Both the position numbers and the translations under genes were made by a program. The notes under the pieces are model-generated. The model ran no database searches and had not been told where the DNA came from. It saw nothing but the letters and a program-made list of their open reading frames with translations. From an uncultured Desulfobulbaceae bacterium (GTDB taxonomy: Bacteria > Desulfobacterota > Desulfobulbia > Desulfobulbales > BM004): a stretch of 64,000 nt of DNA. The stretch spans positions 2,262 through 66,261 of the forward strand of contig CALZHP010000004.1 in NCBI GenBank assembly GCA_945787325.1, written 5' to 3'. Each line of letters opens with the position of its first letter. The first letter of the stretch is position 1. Shown in pieces: positions 60,761-64,000 of the stretch.

Positions 60761-61882
60761 TCAAAACCTGAAAGATATATTTATGGAGCCGAACTCATCA
60801 GCCTCTTTCTGACCTTCATACTCACGGGAGCGGAAAATATTGGTAAACGAGATTTGGGCACGGTCGAAAGTAAGTACAATTCCTGCCTGTATATCACCTA
60901 CAAAATGCTTTTTATCGACACTATGACTGTCTCTGAAGGTGTTACCGTCCAGAAAGATATTGCGGGCTACTGCCCTGCCCTCTGCTCCGGCAAACAGGTA
61001 CCATCCGAAACCTGAGTGGGGCTCAAAAAAACCGGAACCCATCAGCCCCGGTCTTATACGCGGCGGTCCGTAATCGTTGGGCAGGTCTCTTCCGAACCTC
61101 ATCATGCCGCCAACTGAAAGATAAGTATACACATTACCCAGCGCTCCACCGACGCTCGGCGTGAAGTCGAGCTCCGCATCAAAAAGCCAATTGTCCGTGT
61201 TCAAAGGCTTCGGCCACTTACGCTCATAATTCATAAGAATGCCAAGTTCGTCCTTCAACTGGTTATCCCATCCTTCGGGCTGCTCTACATCAATTACACG
61301 GTGCCATTCACTCTGCACCTGATCACCCAGTGAAGTTGGGCCTATGTATCCGATATCCAGTTCCAGGTTTTCCAGATACGGAAGATCCTTGTTTTTTTCC
61401 ACCGTCACCAGGCCCACCCCGATATACAACCATCCAGCATATGGTTGTTCAGATGGTATAAGCTCACGAACAGTGATGTCTTCCGGTGTATAAATATTTT
61501 GGCCCATGATAAAACTCAGCCGTCTGGCCTTTTTATCGGTCAGGTACTTCTTGGATATAAGAGGAGTTCTGTCAACGGTGTTAACCACCTGTTTGGCAAT
61601 TTTCCTGGTTGCCTTATCTATAATAGGAAACTTCTTTCTGGCATCTTCCTCCTTAAAAGGAACCAGGAATGATATTCGTGAACCATGCGTATAATGACGG
61701 TCCGTGCCCTTTCCAAACAAGTCATTTTCCATCTGCACGTTGAATACACGTTTAGGAGGTTTATTGTTACTCCCATCAGAGTGATTCGCGTGTGCTATGT
61801 GAGAAATAGCTGCAAATGATAAAGCAATGAACATAAAAACTGTTACTTTGCGATATTTAGTAGTTATAAGAATCACATTCAA
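60761..61882 (-). CDS. LpxR-family (DUF2219) outer-membrane lipid A deacylase-like protein
   Basis: Signal peptide followed by FNVQMENDLFGKGTDRHYTHGSRISF, typical of the family (recalled from memory). The C-terminus is a beta-barrel ending in F. TTG start. Confidence 0.7.
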   Translation of the reverse strand: MNVILITTKYRKVTVFMFIALSFAAISHIAHANHSDGSNNKPPKRVFNVQMENDLFGKGTDRHYTHGSRISFLVPFKEEDARKKFPIIDKATRKIAKQVVNTVDRTPLISKKYLTDKKARRLSFIMGQNIYTPEDITVRELIPSEQPYAGWLYIGVGLVTVEKNKDLPYLENLELDIGYIGPTSLGDQVQSEWHRVIDVEQPEGWDNQLKDELGILMNYERKWPKPLNTDNWLFDAELDFTPSVGGALGNVYTYLSVGGMMRFGRDLPNDYGPPRIRPGLMGSGFFEPHSGFGWYLFAGAEGRAVARNIFLDGNTFRDSHSVDKKHFVGDIQAGIVLTFDRAQISFTNIFRSREYEGQKEADEFGSINISFRF

Positions 61883-62007
61883 AATATTCTTCCCAATGTT
61901 AATTTTATTGGCATTTCATGTGCGGGGCACCCAATTCCGTACCACTACAATTACAGTTTTTCAATATATTGTGCATAAAAGTTTCAAGAAAATATGCAGC
62001 AAATAAT

Positions 62008-62045
62008 AAAAAACCCCCAACCCTCTATCAAAGAGTGGCTGGAGG
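62008..62045 (-). terminator. intrinsic terminator of the 62073..62444 gene
   Basis: The minus-strand RNA forms CCUCCAGCC(A)CUCU-UUGAU-AGAGGGUUGGGGG followed by U6. Confidence 0.65.
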
Positions 62046-62072
62046 TTTTTATAACTAATGTAGGAATCTGGA

Positions 62073-62444
62073 TTAAGTATCCATTGGTGGAGATGGAGCT
62101 GGAGTTGGTGGAGGTGGATCATCACCATCATCTGTTGCTTTTATTGTAATAATCGTCGCACCGCCTATGAGTAAAATAGCTGCACCGATCTCTTGACCCG
62201 TAAGGTTGGCTGTTGGGACATTATTAAATTTCTTTACTGCCTTATATTTTTTTGAACCACCAAAAGAAAAAGACAGCATGAAGGATGGAATAGGTTTCTG
62301 GTAAGGATCGTCAAAATCCTGTTGGTAGCCGAAATTGGCGCCCTCGAAGTGGATACCACCAGCTTGTGCAATTGCTGAAAGCCCCGGCGCTAATAGTAGT
62401 GAGGCGACAATTAAAGAAATAACGTACTGCTTAATTCTTCCCAT
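62073..62444 (-). CDS. small secreted protein with an acidic, proline-rich tail, hypothetical
   Basis: Signal peptide ..APGLSAIAQA, an internal hydrophobic segment, and the tail DDGDDPPPPTPAPSPP. Confidence 0.55.
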   Translation of the reverse strand: MGRIKQYVISLIVASLLLAPGLSAIAQAGGIHFEGANFGYQQDFDDPYQKPIPSFMLSFSFGGSKKYKAVKKFNNVPTANLTGQEIGAAILLIGGATIITIKATDDGDDPPPPTPAPSPPMDT

Positions 62445-62555
62445 ATTCCTTTCTCCTTTTTCAGATTTAAAATGAATTTTCCCTTCTTGGTAATAAGAAT
62501 TAAGCTACTAATTTTTTTTGAGATTTTCAATTACTAAAATGAAGCTCAATACGGT

Positions 62556-62855
62556 TTAAAGCAGAAAATAGAATAATACGCAGATGATAATTTCAATTAC
62601 GAACTGCACTTGAGGACATTTTTTAATTATTGAATGGATCAGGAATCCGGTTGAAAATAATGCCGCTATAAATATGTACCGTACAGCGTTAACGCCAAAA
62701 CGCCAAAGAATGTCACGTGTTATTGGAAAGAAGTTGGAGATGGCTTCATATAAATAATCAGAAAATCCAAATATCATTATTACCCCAACAAATGCAAGAA
62801 GCATTGTGCTTGCCCTGATGGAAAACCGTTGCTTAAACGACCATGCTGTTCTCAT
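62556..62855 (-). CDS. small integral membrane protein, hypothetical
   Basis: 99 aa with three predicted hydrophobic helices. No recognisable motif. Confidence 0.4.
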   Translation of the reverse strand: MRTAWSFKQRFSIRASTMLLAFVGVIMIFGFSDYLYEAISNFFPITRDILWRFGVNAVRYIFIAALFSTGFLIHSIIKKCPQVQFVIEIIICVLFYFLL

Positions 62856-63081
62856 AATAATCTGATGTAAATTAATTGATTATATTATTCAAACAATTAT
62901 ACAATTGCTCAAAATGCAATCCCAATTTTTCTTTATACTACTGGGCTTTACACGTTGTTACATATAGATTTTACATAAAGATGTAAAGATTTGATTAACA
63001 ATTGACGATAATTGTTAATCAGAGTTTTACTTGGTTCAAATAGTGTATGTTTTCAGTATACTTTTACTGGGAGAATCATTG

Positions 63082-63720
63082 ATGCGACTCACCAAAACAG
63101 GCATTTTGTTAAGTATGTTTATGTTCTCGAACATTGTATACGGACCAACTCTGTTGAAAGCTGAACAGACTGCTACAATGACACCCGAGTCGAAAATTGC
63201 TGAGGCAGCAAAAATATTCAATACAGGAAACAATTTATCAGAACGCCTTTCCAAATCGCTGCATGAAGCTCGCCGAGAAAAAGATATAATAAAGGTAACC
63301 TGTCTGCATGATAAACTGACACAGGTTAATGCCAACTTGCGCACCACAACTCAAAGAACTAAGGCATTGCTTGAAGCAAAACAGATGAATGATGTTGGAA
63401 GGACCAATCACGAGTTTACGGTTCTTTCCGTTCTTTCTCAGAAGTTTAACCTCTTGGATCAGGAAGCAAATCTATGTGTGGGACAGGATTTTTTTGAGCC
63501 TGAAACTTCTCAAGTAGTAACAGACTCTGCTGCTGTCGATATTCCTCATGATCAAATCATGCCTATGGAGATTTCGATGAACCTTCAACCTTCTTCTCCA
63601 TCAGTTTCTGCTGTTAATGCACCACCGCCTATCAATGATACAGAGGCAGTTCCAACAAAGTCAGACATTCCCCCTTCCGGTATACAATCAACCATGCCAC
63701 CGTGGGTGAACAGCCGTTGA
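63082..63720 (+). CDS. secreted protein with a Pro/Ser-rich C-terminus, hypothetical
   Basis: The ATG at 63082 gives the signal peptide MRLTKTGILLSMFMFSNIVYG. The ORF-track start at 63031 is an upstream TTG. Confidence 0.55.
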   Translation: MRLTKTGILLSMFMFSNIVYGPTLLKAEQTATMTPESKIAEAAKIFNTGNNLSERLSKSLHEARREKDIIKVTCLHDKLTQVNANLRTTTQRTKALLEAKQMNDVGRTNHEFTVLSVLSQKFNLLDQEANLCVGQDFFEPETSQVVTDSAAVDIPHDQIMPMEISMNLQPSSPSVSAVNAPPPINDTEAVPTKSDIPPSGIQSTMPPWVNSR

Positions 63721-64000
63721 TAAAAGTCTTATACATATTAGGGATCATACTACTGCTCAATGGTTGTACCAGTATGATTCATAATCAACCTGCAAGCATG
63801 GGACTGGCCATACCTCCTGAAGTAGAGCTATGGTTGGAACCTGGTGAGCAAAGCAAAATCACACCCCGCATTGCTGACCTTGCCCGGGAAATTGATTCGG
63901 CAAATACCTCGCCGATGATAAATGTTCTGCAGGTATTCCACACCTTGTCGACCCTGTTCAAGTACGATATCGAAAAAAGTTCCACAGCACTGGAGCTGAC
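63717..64000 (+). CDS. lipoprotein, 3'-truncated by the window edge (not in the ORF track)
   Basis: The TTG at 63717 overlaps the previous stop (TTGA). It reads LIKVLYILGIILLLNGC (lipobox), and the frame stays open to position 64000. Confidence 0.4.
   Translation, partial: MIKVLYILGIILLLNGCTSMIHNQPASMGLAIPPEVELWLEPGEQSKITPRIADLAREIDSANTSPMINVLQVFHTLSTLFKYDIEKSSTALEL

Overview
This is a chromosomal window from a Gram-negative, sigma-54-rich bacterium. Gene content and order suggest Desulfobacterota (Desulfobulbales-like), but that is an inference rather than a database result. About 85% of the window is conserved housekeeping sequence, in three blocks. (a) On the minus strand: tmk-pdxA-yraN-rnhB-rplS-SPOUT MTase-rimM-KH-rpsP-ffh, then fabD-lspA-ileS. 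(b) On the plus strand: cooC-like, ftsE-ftsX-envC-ctpA, era (minus strand), and an RNase II/R-family gene. (c) A complete-looking dcw cluster, mraZ-rsmH-ftsL-ftsI-murE-murF-mraY-murD-[two mini genes]-murG-murC-murB-ftsQ-ftsA-ftsZ, followed by a radical-SAM gene and a histidine kinase. The 3' end carries copA, a CoADR-rhodanese oxidoreductase, a Crp/Fnr regulator, an LpxR-like gene and several small secreted proteins. Two regions stand out. First, in the dcw cluster the ftsW slot between murD and murG holds two tandem paralogous CxxC...CPxC mini-proteins instead of a SEDS gene. The FtsI homologue has lost its SxxK and KTG catalytic motifs, and ftsQ carries an in-frame TAA. Second, positions 1-10.2 kb form a PEP-CTERM regulatory island. 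A PrsR-like sigma-54 activator and a PrsK-like kinase flank three PEP-CTERM cargo genes, each with its own -24/-12 promoter. The island also holds one intact and two decayed PilZ paralogues, a decayed TIGR03790-like gene, and a mosaic short-repeat family that recurs upstream of copA. I found no rRNA, tRNA, CRISPR array, transposase or prophage genes.
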